A stretch of 64,000 bases of DNA from a virus. Shown in pieces: positions 26,921 through 36,778 of this stretch. The notes beneath the pieces are model-generated. The model was not told the DNA's origin, ran no database searches, and worked only from the letters and a program-made list of their open reading frames with translations. The number at the start of each line of letters is the position of its first letter. The first letter of the stretch is position 1. Both the position numbers and the translations under genes were made by a program. The stretch covers positions 55,081-119,080 of IMG/VR virus record IMGVR_UViG_3300005573_001011. The stretch is one strand, 5' to 3'.

Positions 26921-27589
26921 ATGCTGGAAATAAGCAGTTCAAAAAATAAGACTATAAAGTTTCAGATCGAGCTGTCTGGAGCAAACGTAGCAGAACTCGA
27001 CGGAAAGTTAAGGCTTATAATCGACAATGTTGAGTACGGCTTTCCTGTCCAGATCAGTTCTGAAACTATTGTAGCAGAACTACCAGCTTTAAATCAAGTA
27101 GTAAAGAAGTCTCTCAAAGAGGGAGACGAAATCGAAGGGAGACTTGACGTAGTAAGTGGTGACACGATTATAGTTCCCTGGACTGGTAAGTTCGTAATCA
27201 GGAATCCTTTAAAGTTAGAAGTAAAGTCAGTTGTGGGTGACGTAAAAGAAGTAAAGAAGCCTGCTCTAAGAGTAAAAGAAGCAGAGTCGTCTCCAGAGGA
27301 ACCTAAGAAAGAAAGAGTGAAGAAGAGTAAAAAACTAGACTCAGAAAAAAGTAAAAAGCTAAGCTCAGAAAAAGAAGAGAAGCTATTAGAAAATGTAAAA
27401 GTCACTAAAGAAATGGTGATGAGATTTATAGAGCTAAAAGGAACGAAGAACCCGAAGATGAAAGAAGTCATCTATAACAGAGCTTTGCAAGAAGCTAAAA
27501 GTGACGACCCAAAAGACGTCTTAATGAAGGTAGTAAACTTCTACAAGTCATTGAGGAAAAATAGTGAGCAAAAAAGTTTTGGAACTTAG
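26921..27589 (+). CDS. hypothetical protein with Lys/Glu-rich linker
   Basis: 222-aa ORF, GGAG RBS. Confidence 0.7.
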   Translation: MLEISSSKNKTIKFQIELSGANVAELDGKLRLIIDNVEYGFPVQISSETIVAELPALNQVVKKSLKEGDEIEGRLDVVSGDTIIVPWTGKFVIRNPLKLEVKSVVGDVKEVKKPALRVKEAESSPEEPKKERVKKSKKLDSEKSKKLSSEKEEKLLENVKVTKEMVMRFIELKGTKNPKMKEVIYNRALQEAKSDDPKDVLMKVVNFYKSLRKNSEQKSFGT

Positions 27590-27755
27590 TATTGGGTCTA
27601 TCTCTTTAGTTAAAAAGCAAGAAGTTAGTGAGCCAGACAAGTCTTATATAAATGAAGAAGCTACACAGAAATTTAAAACTTTGCAAGCACCCGTAAGAAG
27701 TAGGGAACTTGCAATTACTATTTGTAGAGAGAACAGAAAACTAGGGAGAGGATAG
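27564..27755 (+). CDS. small hypothetical protein
   Basis: Fills the gap between neighbours; GAGG upstream. Confidence 0.45.
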   Translation: MSKKVLELSIGSISLVKKQEVSEPDKSYINEEATQKFKTLQAPVRSRELAITICRENRKLGRG

Positions 27756-27756
27756 T

Positions 27757-27993
27757 ATGCCAGTGCCTAGTCTCAAGACAGCTATTGAAATCTTAAGAGA
27801 TTTCGACGTCGAGTCAGACTCCACCAGTGAACTTCGAAGAGCTGCTTCAATAGTTTTAGCAAACAATATAAGACCTAAGGACATCATGATTGCAATAGAC
27901 TTAATCGAAGATGAAGATTACGATGAAGCAGAAGAGCATATTGACAAAGCTATCGAAGATCTCGAAGAGATCTATAAAAAACGTGGTTATTAG
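27757..27993 (+). CDS. small acidic hypothetical protein
   Basis: GAGG RBS; helical acidic sequence. Confidence 0.65.
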   Translation: MPVPSLKTAIEILRDFDVESDSTSELRRAASIVLANNIRPKDIMIAIDLIEDEDYDEAEEHIDKAIEDLEEIYKKRGY

Positions 27994-28005
27994 AGGAGAA
28001 AAAAC

Positions 28006-28299
28006 ATGGCAACTGAGTTAGAACTAGTGGCCACAAAGTTCTTGAACGAGTTAGCTTCTGACTCTGCTTTTAAGACTCTGCTTTACTTTGGGGAACTGAT
28101 CGAAAACAAGCAAGATCCGGAAGCAGTCGAAGTTCGTTTGTATGAACAAATAGCTAATCTAGTAGAAGAGTTAAAGAGACTAGAAGCAAACGTAAGGAGC
28201 TACGTTCGAGAATGTAGAGGGACTCCCCTTGGCGACAAACTGAGTCAACTCTACGAAGAGGCATCTTTCGACGGAAGCGGCTCGCTTCTAAAAGACTAA
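28006..28299 (+). CDS. hypothetical protein
   Basis: GAGGAG RBS. Confidence 0.65.
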   Translation: MATELELVATKFLNELASDSAFKTLLYFGELIENKQDPEAVEVRLYEQIANLVEELKRLEANVRSYVRECRGTPLGDKLSQLYEEASFDGSGSLLKD

Positions 28300-28452
28300 C
28301 GACACTTTTCTTAAACACACCTGCATTAAGAAACTTCTACATTTTTTCCAGAATATTTTCAATATGTTACAAGAGTGAAAATCGTCTTTTTTAGTGGTTC
28401 GTTAGTATTACAAAGACTTCTTTCTGGTTAATCCAAGAGGGGAGATAACTCT

Positions 28453-28713
28453 ATGGAATCTAAGTGTTCTTTTTGTAAGATGATAAAAGAGAAAAAAGCC
28501 TGGGAGGAAGACGGATTTGTCGGTTTGTCGTGCACTCCCTGCAAGAATGTCTTTGTCACTTGCAGAGAACATAAGCCGAAACTGACGGAGCAAGAGCTAG
28601 AAAAGGCTAAAAAGATAGTACAAAAGCATCATCCAGATTTCGAAATAATTACTTTAAATGCGAATAGGAATCTGTGGCATTGGTACTGTTATGCTAGGAA
28701 GAAAGACAAATGA
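28453..28713 (+). CDS. small zinc-binding protein
   Basis: CSFC and CTPC pairs plus EH and WHWY. Confidence 0.6.
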   Translation: MESKCSFCKMIKEKKAWEEDGFVGLSCTPCKNVFVTCREHKPKLTEQELEKAKKIVQKHHPDFEIITLNANRNLWHWYCYARKKDK

Positions 28714-29432
28714 AAGTTACAGTTCTTGGAACATGCTGTTCTGTGCACTTTCCTCGCCCAGGATGCACTTGCAAATCGTGTAGAGATCCCATTTTTCACA
28801 GAAGAGTGCACTCGTCTATTCTCATAGACAATATAATGATTGACTGTGGAAAAGATTGGGTCGAAGTTCCAGATGTCGTTAAACATATCATTATAACTCA
28901 CTCCCATCCAGACCACGCCGGTGGCTTAAAATACAATCTAGACAAAGAACTTTACTTTTCTCCTGCTACGTTTAAAACTTTAAGAAACGTAGTAAAAATT
29001 CCTGACGAGAAACCTGTAGTTTTCTTAGAGTACGGTAACACTATCTTATTAAGACACAAAAGAGTTACTTTATTTCCAGTTTTACATTCCACTGTTGCAC
29101 CAGCTTCTGCAGTTAAAATAGAGAACCTTCTCTACTGCCCAGACGTTAGAGAGTTACTAGATAAGAGTGCTAGTCTGCATAAAGTAGATGTTTACATAGG
29201 TGACGGGTCGTCTTTAAAAAAGAACTTGTACTTCAAAGAAGGTATTGGTCATAAGTCTATGCTAAATCAGATGGAGATAGTAAAGGGAAGAGTCAAAAGG
29301 GTATACTTCACTCACGTAGGTCATATCGGGCTATCTCACGATGAAATTAATGACGAACTGCAAAAAGCTAATAAAAAATTTGGCTTTGTAGAAGTGAAAC
29401 TCTTGAAAGAAGGAGATATCCTGCTTGTATGA
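28710..29432 (+). CDS. metallo-beta-lactamase-fold hydrolase (PhnP-like)
   Basis: LGT..GCTCKSC, IDCG, THSHPDH, GH, FTH. Confidence 0.88.
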   Translation: MKVTVLGTCCSVHFPRPGCTCKSCRDPIFHRRVHSSILIDNIMIDCGKDWVEVPDVVKHIIITHSHPDHAGGLKYNLDKELYFSPATFKTLRNVVKIPDEKPVVFLEYGNTILLRHKRVTLFPVLHSTVAPASAVKIENLLYCPDVRELLDKSASLHKVDVYIGDGSSLKKNLYFKEGIGHKSMLNQMEIVKGRVKRVYFTHVGHIGLSHDEINDELQKANKKFGFVEVKLLKEGDILLV

Positions 29433-30118
29433 TGGATATAACGATGACTGCTACTGTGCGGCCAAACATTGTAGCACAAACTTTAGACTCGTTCTGTAAG
29501 AACCTCTTTAAAGATACTTCTAACTTTAGACTGATTATAAATATAGATCCAGTTGGTGAAAGAGACAAGACACAAGCAGACGTCTTGAATGTAGCTAAAA
29601 ACTTCTTTACACATGTGGTTTATAATTTTCCTCTTAAGCCAAGCTTTCCTAAAGCAGTAATGTGGTGTTGGCACCAAGTCAATCCAGACACAGATTTCTT
29701 CTTCCATTTAGAAGACGACTGGATTATCCTTCGAGAAACTAGAATAGACCACATGGTAAAAATAATGGAAAAACATCCGCACCTTGCAGCATTAAGGCTC
29801 AATAAGTTTAGTAGTCATCCAACTGCTAAAGATAATGAACGATGTTATTTTTACGATGCAAAACTTTCTCTAAACCCTAGCCTTATGAGAGTTTCGTTCG
29901 TAAAAGGTGTTCTTCCTCTCATGACGGAGAAAGAAAATCCGGAAAAGCAGCTTCGTAAAGGCCCGACAGAAAGAGGACAATTTGTAGCTAAGTGGAACTT
30001 TGGAGTTTATCTTGGAAGTGGTAGGTCTGCTCTTGTTCAAGACATTGGTAGACCTTGGTTAGAAAGAAGTCCCTTCCAAAGACAAACAGGGTTTCTGGTA
30101 TGGCAAAAGAAAGTTTGA
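29429..30118 (+). CDS. GT-A/GT2-like glycosyltransferase
   Basis: TATVRP, INIDP, FFHLEDDW, SLNPSL, DIGR. Confidence 0.75.
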   Translation: MMDITMTATVRPNIVAQTLDSFCKNLFKDTSNFRLIINIDPVGERDKTQADVLNVAKNFFTHVVYNFPLKPSFPKAVMWCWHQVNPDTDFFFHLEDDWIILRETRIDHMVKIMEKHPHLAALRLNKFSSHPTAKDNERCYFYDAKLSLNPSLMRVSFVKGVLPLMTEKENPEKQLRKGPTERGQFVAKWNFGVYLGSGRSALVQDIGRPWLERSPFQRQTGFLVWQKKV

Positions 30119-30795
30119 CTGTAGTTATTCCAACGTACGAACCTTTACTTTCAGATACAGCAGAATTGTGCACGCAGATTTCTAGAAATACTCTTTTGCC
30201 AGAGAAAGTCGTCATAATCGACAACACCGCTTCAAAGCAATTCGTCTGCCCGAAGTTAGACTTAGACTTAGAAGTAGTTTGGTTCGGCAAAAATATTGGA
30301 GTTAATAGATCTTGGAACTACGGACTTAGCATAGCAAAAACCACTTTAGTGTCAGTACTTAATGCTGATATCTTTCTACCACAGCGATTCTTTGAGAAGA
30401 TAGTCCAACCCTTTAGTGACCAGAGCGTTGGTATTGTAGTTCCACTTAGTACTACTAAAAGAGAAGCATTCAGCTTTTCTGAAGAATGTAGTGAAGCGAT
30501 AGCAACAGACTTTTTGGGTCGGCAGGGATGGGCATGGACAATTAGAAGAGCAGTTCTGGAAAAAGTTTCACCCATTCCAGAAGAGTTGCAAATGTTTTTT
30601 GGGGACGATTTTATTTTTGCTTGCGTGAGAGAACTTGGTTATAAAGTTGTTCTAGTTACGAACACTCTGGTTTTGCATAAAGTTGGTGTTAGTTCTAGTG
30701 TTGGTAGAAATACCGAAGTAGACAAGATCTATAAAAAAGAAAAACAAGAATGGAATAGAATTAAGCAAAATATAGGAGAGTATGTACGAAGATGA
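30100..30795 (+). CDS. GT2-family glycosyltransferase
   Basis: VVIPT, IIDN, NIGVNRSWNYG, LNADI, FFGDD; start placed at ATG 30100. Confidence 0.85.
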   Translation: MAKESLTVVIPTYEPLLSDTAELCTQISRNTLLPEKVVIIDNTASKQFVCPKLDLDLEVVWFGKNIGVNRSWNYGLSIAKTTLVSVLNADIFLPQRFFEKIVQPFSDQSVGIVVPLSTTKREAFSFSEECSEAIATDFLGRQGWAWTIRRAVLEKVSPIPEELQMFFGDDFIFACVRELGYKVVLVTNTLVLHKVGVSSSVGRNTEVDKIYKKEKQEWNRIKQNIGEYVRR

Positions 30796-31334
30796 CATCT
30801 TTTCAAGAAGCACTAAAAGCGAACAAATTCAATGAGTTTTCTCTATTTCTAGTTGAGCTTGTTAAAGTTATGAAAGTTCATACGTATGTAGAGCTTGGTG
30901 TCTCAAGGGGCTACACTTTTAATAAGATTTCCCCGCACGTGGAAAAAGCTATTGCCGTAGACATTACACCAATGCCGTATGTAGCAAGATTGCCAAACGT
31001 AAGAGTATACACGATGTCTACGCAAGATTTCAGTAAGGTATGGAAAGATCCGATTGACTTCTTATTTATAGATGCAGACCATAGAAAGGAAGCTGTCTTA
31101 AGAGACTTCTACCTTTTCTTACCCTATGTCAAGACAAATACTGGCTTAATTGCTTTGCATGACACTTTACCAGCTTATAGAGAACTGCTTGACGATAAGT
31201 ACTGTAGTAACGCATGGGAAGCAGTTAAGGAAATAAAAGAAGACCTGGGGAATACTATTGAAATGCTTTCTATTCCGAGTGGTTGGGCTGGATTAACTTT
31301 AGTAAGGAAAGTTTCAAAACCACTACTTTTTTAG
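30792..31334 (+). CDS. class I SAM-dependent methyltransferase (Methyltransf_24-like)
   Basis: YVELGVSRG, IDFLFIDADH, GLIALHD. Confidence 0.88.
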   Translation: MTSFQEALKANKFNEFSLFLVELVKVMKVHTYVELGVSRGYTFNKISPHVEKAIAVDITPMPYVARLPNVRVYTMSTQDFSKVWKDPIDFLFIDADHRKEAVLRDFYLFLPYVKTNTGLIALHDTLPAYRELLDDKYCSNAWEAVKEIKEDLGNTIEMLSIPSGWAGLTLVRKVSKPLLF

Positions 31335-31350
31335 CATGGAAGTGCGTTAA

Positions 31351-32011
31351 ATGGTAGAATGCGACTATGTGAAGACCGAGTCATTTCTAAGAAGCATTCT
31401 GGGGGGAAGAAACTTACATAGTAGCGACTGTCTCTAGAAGCAGAAGTTCTTTCTATGTGGTCGAGACACCTGCCGCAAGATTGAGACTTGATATTGTAGA
31501 TAATAACGACAGAACGGAAGAGAATATTCGACTAAGGAAAATAGCGGAAAGGAACAACGTTAACTTATCGAAACTATTAGTGTATTTTGAAATTGAAGGT
31601 AAAGTCTGTATTCTTACTGAGTGGATTGAAGGACAGACTCTTCTAGAGATCAGTTCTGCTGGTAAGGATACTCCTGACATGTATATCGAGTTTGGACGCG
31701 TAGTGGGAAAACTAAATTCTATAAAGGAAGGTGAATTAGTTTTAGCAAACCCAGATATAAGACTTTCGAACGTTGTTGTAAACAGTGTTGGAGATATCTT
31801 TTTAGTAGACCATGAAATGCTGCAACTCCTACGACTAGAGGAATTATGGGATTACCTGGCTAGAGCTATGTTGTGGAAGAAGTGTATGGGTGGCATTAAA
31901 GAAAGAGTTGAAGCTTTCCTATCTGGGTACTCTCAGTTTCACGACATAAAGCCGGTAACGGAGAAAATGCAATGGACAGAAACTATATCGTTAGAAAAGT
32001 ACAAGAGCTAG
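31351..32011 (+). CDS. APH/choline-kinase-like phosphotransferase; N-terminus separated by a frameshift at G6 31401-31406 (downstream ORF 31457-32011)
   Basis: LTEWIEG, NPDIRLSNVV and LVDHE kinase motifs; ATG 31351 joins the kinase frame if one G is removed. Confidence 0.6.
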
Positions 32012-32595
32012 CCCCGTGGTACCAGACAATCGACTTTGACGGAGTAGTAAGTAACAATAAAAATAAGAGTTCCATAGATGTGTGGAACAAAATTAAAACT
32101 TTTCTGCCAGAATCTCTCGAAGGTATGCGAGTTCTTGACTTGGGTTCTAATGCTGGATTATACAGCGTATGTGCTGCTCTATTAGGTGCGGAAGTCGTTA
32201 GCATAGAAGCTGTCGAAAAGTATTGTAAACAAGCTCTTTTTGTGCAAGAATTCTTCGAAAATAAGTACAAGAAAAAGCTAAAGATTACTAATATTATTTC
32301 TGACATCTTAGTTATAGACTTTAGCAAGCTTGGGAAGTTCGACTACATTTTTGCAATAGCTATATTGTATCATATAGGTTCGAACTTAAAAGATTCGAAG
32401 AAAACTTTAGATGAGCAAGTTAGAGTTATAGGAGAGCTGTGCAAGATAAGCAATAATATAATTGTGCGTTCCAGGGTTAGTGGTTATAGAGACGAGAAGT
32501 TCTTTATCGATGTGTTTTCTAAGTTTGGTTTCGAAGCTGTTAAATCGATTCCAGAAGTTGGTCGAACGTTAACGCTTTTTCAGAGGTTACAATGA
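31972..32595 (+). CDS. class I SAM-dependent methyltransferase (CmoB/DUF1698-like)
   Basis: PWYQTIDF, LEGMRVLDLGSNAG, FDYIFAIAILYH. Confidence 0.85.
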   Translation: MDRNYIVRKVQELAPWYQTIDFDGVVSNNKNKSSIDVWNKIKTFLPESLEGMRVLDLGSNAGLYSVCAALLGAEVVSIEAVEKYCKQALFVQEFFENKYKKKLKITNIISDILVIDFSKLGKFDYIFAIAILYHIGSNLKDSKKTLDEQVRVIGELCKISNNIIVRSRVSGYRDEKFFIDVFSKFGFEAVKSIPEVGRTLTLFQRLQ

Positions 32596-33158
32596 GACAT
32601 TCTATTAGGGCGTTTGTGAAAATAGTTTCCGAAGAAATTCCACTCTCAGAACCAATTTATGAGTTTGGCTCATTGCAAGTTCCTGGTCAAGAAAAATTTG
32701 CGGATGTGAGAGTGTTCTTTCCAGGAAAAGAGTACGTTGGTTTCGATTTAAGAAGTGGTCCTGGTGTTGACAAAGTTTTAGACGTTTACCATATAACTGA
32801 AGACTATTATGGGAAAGCTGGAACAATTCTTTGTCTTGATACAATTGAGCATTTTAGCGACCCTCTAAGGGCATTCGATATTTTCTTCAACGTTCTAAAA
32901 GACGACGGAATTCTCGTCGTTAGTTCGGTAATGGCGTTCCCAATACATAACTATCCTTGCGATTATTGGAGGTTTACCCCGCAAGGATTTCATCTTCTGC
33001 TCTCGAGATTTAAAGCTAGAGTAGTAGAGTCTGCTGGAAAAGAAGATTTTCCCCATACGGTAGTCGGCATTGGATTCAAGAAGACAACTCCAGACTTAAG
33101 TCGTTTTATCGAAAGATTGAAAACTTGGAAAGAAAGCTTGAAGAACACACACAAATGA
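32592..33158 (+). CDS. SAM-dependent methyltransferase
   Basis: EFGS, GPGVD, DTIEH, HNYPCDYWRFT. Confidence 0.85.
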   Translation: MRHSIRAFVKIVSEEIPLSEPIYEFGSLQVPGQEKFADVRVFFPGKEYVGFDLRSGPGVDKVLDVYHITEDYYGKAGTILCLDTIEHFSDPLRAFDIFFNVLKDDGILVVSSVMAFPIHNYPCDYWRFTPQGFHLLLSRFKARVVESAGKEDFPHTVVGIGFKKTTPDLSRFIERLKTWKESLKNTHK

Positions 33159-33257
33159 CTTTAAGCAAAAGAGGTTACTTAATCTGTAGAAATGCGAGCA
33201 AAGTAACTGAAAAAATTATTGAAACCAGTAGGAAAAGACGTTAGACAGGAGAAGAGT

Positions 33258-33599
33258 ATGAGAATGTGGAATGTAGATCCAAAACTCCTTTGCAGGCAGC
33301 ACTTGTTAGGCGAACACTTAGAGATGCACATGTTTTTGGGTTGTCTGAAGAAGGGTATAAGCTTGAAGGGTTATGTGGAAAAAGGGCTAGTTGAATTAGA
33401 CAAAATAGTAGCTAGACACGACGAGCTAGCCGCGGAGATGAGAGCAAGGGGATTTTGTCATAAGAGTGAAATAAGCTGCCAGCAAGATCCACTTTGGTTT
33501 GGAGGTTGCATTGATATTGCTAGAAGTTTGCAAGATCTCTCTGACCGTTGCGTTGTGTGTAAAAAAAGAATAGAACGAGAGTTAGTCCTGCTACACTAG
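33258..33599 (+). CDS. denV: pyrimidine-dimer DNA glycosylase / endonuclease V-like
   Basis: MRMWNVDPKLLCRQHLLGEHLEMH..RHDELAAEMRARGFCHKS; start placed at ATG 33258. Confidence 0.8.
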   Translation: MRMWNVDPKLLCRQHLLGEHLEMHMFLGCLKKGISLKGYVEKGLVELDKIVARHDELAAEMRARGFCHKSEISCQQDPLWFGGCIDIARSLQDLSDRCVVCKKRIERELVLLH

Positions 33600-33723
33600 A
33601 CTGATGGAAAATAGTAGAATGTTATGGGCATTTTAGAGTGTGAGTCTGCTAAAAAGTAAAGACCTTAGAAAAGATACTTGTCACTAAGGTTGACAAAATC
33701 ATTATCCAAAAGAGGTAAAAAAA

Positions 33724-34611
33724 GTGTTCACTCAGCTCTGGCGTAATCCAAACTGTAGGTTATGTTCGCTTTATAAGAATGCAGAACACGTCTGTTTAAT
33801 GGGTGTCGGGGCTATCCCAGCTGAAATTGCTATCTACGGAGAAGGACCAGGTAGAGACGAAGATAAAAAGGGAGAGCCCTTTGTCGGGATGTCTGGGAGA
33901 GTCATAACTAAAATCCTCGAAGACCTTGGCATTAGACGAGAAGATATTTTCATGTCTAATGTCGTTAAATGCAAAGTCACGGCACAAACTGGAAAGCCTA
34001 CTGAAGAACAGATTCATACATGTACTGAGGTGTACACTACTTGGGAACTTAGAAGAGTTAGACCAAAACTAATAATTTGTCTTGGTAAAGCCGCGTTATA
34101 TGGGATTACGAGACAGAAAGATAGTATCGAAAAGCTCCGTAGAACAGTTCTGAAGTCTGATGGAGAAAGGCGTATTCCGACAGTTGTAACTTACCACCCT
34201 GCTTTGAGTTTTCACAAAGGGAAAAAGATTGTTGAAGCAATACGAGACGACATAAGGTGGGCTATAGAAACAGTCTTAGGAAGGAAGATAACAATGAAAG
34301 TACGTGAGCAAAAAATGCCAAAACGTATTCCGCCGGGGAAATCGTTGTACGATAAGTATGTAAAAATGACCCCGACACAGTTAGATAAATCTATAAAAGA
34401 CTATGAGAAAGAAGCCGGAATCTCTCAAAAAGATTTACAGAGAACTCAGGCTCTACTGAAGTCTAGACCAAAACCAGAAATCGCTAAACCTATAACGAAA
34501 CTAAAACTAAGTGAAACTATTTCGCACTTGGTAGACTCATACTTGGAACAAGCTTGTCCTGGAAGCAAGGTCAGATCTGTGCGAAGAAGTTCTAAAGAAA
34601 GGAAAAAGTGA
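33724..34611 (+). CDS. family-4 uracil-DNA glycosylase with basic C-terminal extension
   Basis: CRLCSL, GEGPG..ED..GEPFVG.SG, NVVKC, ICLG, TYHPA. Confidence 0.9.
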   Translation: MFTQLWRNPNCRLCSLYKNAEHVCLMGVGAIPAEIAIYGEGPGRDEDKKGEPFVGMSGRVITKILEDLGIRREDIFMSNVVKCKVTAQTGKPTEEQIHTCTEVYTTWELRRVRPKLIICLGKAALYGITRQKDSIEKLRRTVLKSDGERRIPTVVTYHPALSFHKGKKIVEAIRDDIRWAIETVLGRKITMKVREQKMPKRIPPGKSLYDKYVKMTPTQLDKSIKDYEKEAGISQKDLQRTQALLKSRPKPEIAKPITKLKLSETISHLVDSYLEQACPGSKVRSVRRSSKERKK

Positions 34612-34614
34612 AAA

Positions 34615-34959
34615 ATGAAGTTTAGAACCGACTTCGTAACGAACAGTTCTTCAGCTAGTTTTATCTTGTTTGTGGAATCGACTGCCGCAAACAAGCAAGA
34701 GTTTGAAGAATCGCTAAAAAAACTTTTTGCAGAGTATAGTAGAGACTTTCAGAAAGAAGAGTCTCTTCCAAAAAGTGAGCAAATAAAGCACATTTTTGGA
34801 AGTCTCTATGCTATTAATGACATGACAATCATGTTTAATGACTACGATGACGTCCCCCACTACATGCGGTACATGCTTCTGAGACATCATATAGACGATG
34901 ACTTGCTAAAGTTTGGCATTAAGAGTTTAAAGTTGGAGATTGTCAGAAACCACATCTAG
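34615..34959 (+). CDS. FVTNSSS-motif family protein
   Basis: N-terminus MKFRTDFVTNSSSASFI is shared with 60876-61439 and 62994-63326. Confidence 0.8.
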   Translation: MKFRTDFVTNSSSASFILFVESTAANKQEFEESLKKLFAEYSRDFQKEESLPKSEQIKHIFGSLYAINDMTIMFNDYDDVPHYMRYMLLRHHIDDDLLKFGIKSLKLEIVRNHI

Positions 34960-35032
34960 CTACATGTTGCTATGAGAACAAAAAATAAATAACGTGTGGC
35001 TTATCTTGTAGCAAAAAATAGGAGGAAAAAAG

Positions 35033-35809
35033 ATGGGGATTAGGAAAAAGTTAAACATACTGATAGCTCTTAGAGAAGCTCTGTCCGAGCAACTCACGAA
35101 AAAAGAGCATAAGAAGTTTGTGCTCGAAGAAGCTTCAGACTACGAAGTTGTGCACTTAGTAGCGACTGGAAAGTTTCCGAAAGCGATAGCTGACTTAAAA
35201 GAAGAGTGGAGAGTGTTTGACGAAATTCGTCTTTATGTTTTAGAGAACTTCGGTAAATTCTGCGAGAAAGCTGGTGTCGAAGCTGCAGAAGAGTTTGTGC
35301 TTGAGTTCGATCCAGTTTCTCAGCTTGGTCTCTCTTCTTCGAAAAAATTCTTGGCTGAAAGTTACTTGATTGACGAGAACGGAAAGATAGTGTCTGAAGA
35401 TGTTCTTCGAGAAGTTGTAAATGTTGTAGAAAACTTGGAGGAAGGAGCAGCTGGTAAATTAATACGAGCGCCTTTAAAACTGATCAAAGGTGCCAAGAAG
35501 CCCGCTGCAACGAAAGCAGCTGCTACGCAAAAGTTGAGAAACGCGTTAGCAGATATTGGGCAAAGAATATCGAATGGGAAAAAAGCTCTGGCTCAGTTAG
35601 CCCAAAGGATAAAAACATCCTCTGGTACTGCAAAAGAGAGTTTAAAAGCTCAGCATAAGAAACAAGCAGAACACTTAAAGAAACTTAGAGCAAAACAAGC
35701 ACAACTAAAAGCAGAACTCATTAAGACAAGAGCCAGAAAAATAGCTCTTGGTGCTGGAGCAGCTGCTGGTGTCGCTGGTGCTTATGCCTACACGAAAAAG
35801 AAGAAGTAA
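35033..35809 (+). CDS. probable internal virion protein (acidic N-half, basic C-half)
   Basis: Paralogous to the next gene (FVLEEASDYEVVHLVATGK vs FFMKEATTHDLLSFLTCGK); GAACAAA motif and AGGAGG upstream. Confidence 0.55.
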   Translation: MGIRKKLNILIALREALSEQLTKKEHKKFVLEEASDYEVVHLVATGKFPKAIADLKEEWRVFDEIRLYVLENFGKFCEKAGVEAAEEFVLEFDPVSQLGLSSSKKFLAESYLIDENGKIVSEDVLREVVNVVENLEEGAAGKLIRAPLKLIKGAKKPAATKAAATQKLRNALADIGQRISNGKKALAQLAQRIKTSSGTAKESLKAQHKKQAEHLKKLRAKQAQLKAELIKTRARKIALGAGAAAGVAGAYAYTKKKK

Positions 35810-35859
35810 GTGAGGGTTGCCAAAAGTCTGTTTTCACTAACTTCTTTTTCAAATAAAAT

Positions 35860-36561
35860 ATGACAAGCAAAGCTTTTACAAATTCTTTAAGAGTTGCTGC
35901 GTCTTCTCTTTGCGAAGACAGACAGCTTGCACGATTCTTCATGAAGGAGGCTACTACACACGACCTCCTCTCTTTCTTGACCTGTGGTAAGCTCGTTAAA
36001 CGGAGTAGTCTTTTCTCAGAACTTTTCTTAGTGAGTGCTGTAAAAGAATCTGTTGCACAATGCTCGTGTTTGCTAGAGGGAATTGTTGAGAAAGATGTTG
36101 TCCAGGATTTTGTAGATGAGTTAGAGACACTTGAAAAGAGTGTGTTGCAAGAAGGCATTCGTTCGTGGCTTGCATCCAAACTTGGTTGGAAAATCGCTAA
36201 AAAAGCTGCTCTAGCTGGTGCTCTTGCAGCGGTTTTCCATACTACTGGAATTCCTATAGCGACGGGAATTCTTGTTGCTTTATTGATTTATGCAGCGTAC
36301 AAGATCTTTACGAGATACTTCTCAAAAGCTGCTAGAGCGTGTTGGGGCAAGTCTGGAAAAGAAAGAGCTCTTTGTATATTGTCGTATAAAGTAAACGCTT
36401 TAAAAGCACAAGAAAGAGAACTGCTCAGTTCTATGTCACTCTGTTCTAAAGCGAAACAGCCAGAGAAATGCAGGGAAGCGATACGAAAGAAGATTTCTAA
36501 AGTACGTGACAAAATAGACCGAGCGAGGAGTGAAGCAGCAGTTCTTAGACTCGAGTTCTGA
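35860..36561 (+). CDS. probable internal virion protein with hydrophobic hairpin
   Basis: VLQEG junction, then hydrophobic segment and Cys-containing basic tail. Confidence 0.5.
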   Translation: MTSKAFTNSLRVAASSLCEDRQLARFFMKEATTHDLLSFLTCGKLVKRSSLFSELFLVSAVKESVAQCSCLLEGIVEKDVVQDFVDELETLEKSVLQEGIRSWLASKLGWKIAKKAALAGALAAVFHTTGIPIATGILVALLIYAAYKIFTRYFSKAARACWGKSGKERALCILSYKVNALKAQERELLSSMSLCSKAKQPEKCREAIRKKISKVRDKIDRARSEAAVLRLEF

Positions 36562-36562
36562 A

Positions 36563-36778
36563 ATGAGAATAGAAGACATAACACCACAGAATGTGTTTAG
36601 CATTTCTTCGAGTGAGCTTAGTAGTTTGCATAGAAAAGTCCACCAGCTCTACGGAATGTTTAAGAAGACAAAGACAGCAAGTACAATTCTTACTCTAAAA
36701 AACAAGCACGATCTTATATCTAAAGAATTAGAAAAAAGAAAGTTTCCACACTCTAAGTCAGATTTGGAGGAGAACTAG
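36563..36778 (+). CDS. small hypothetical protein
   Basis: ATG immediately after the previous stop; stop overlaps the next start. Confidence 0.55.
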   Translation: MRIEDITPQNVFSISSSELSSLHRKVHQLYGMFKKTKTASTILTLKNKHDLISKELEKRKFPHSKSDLEEN

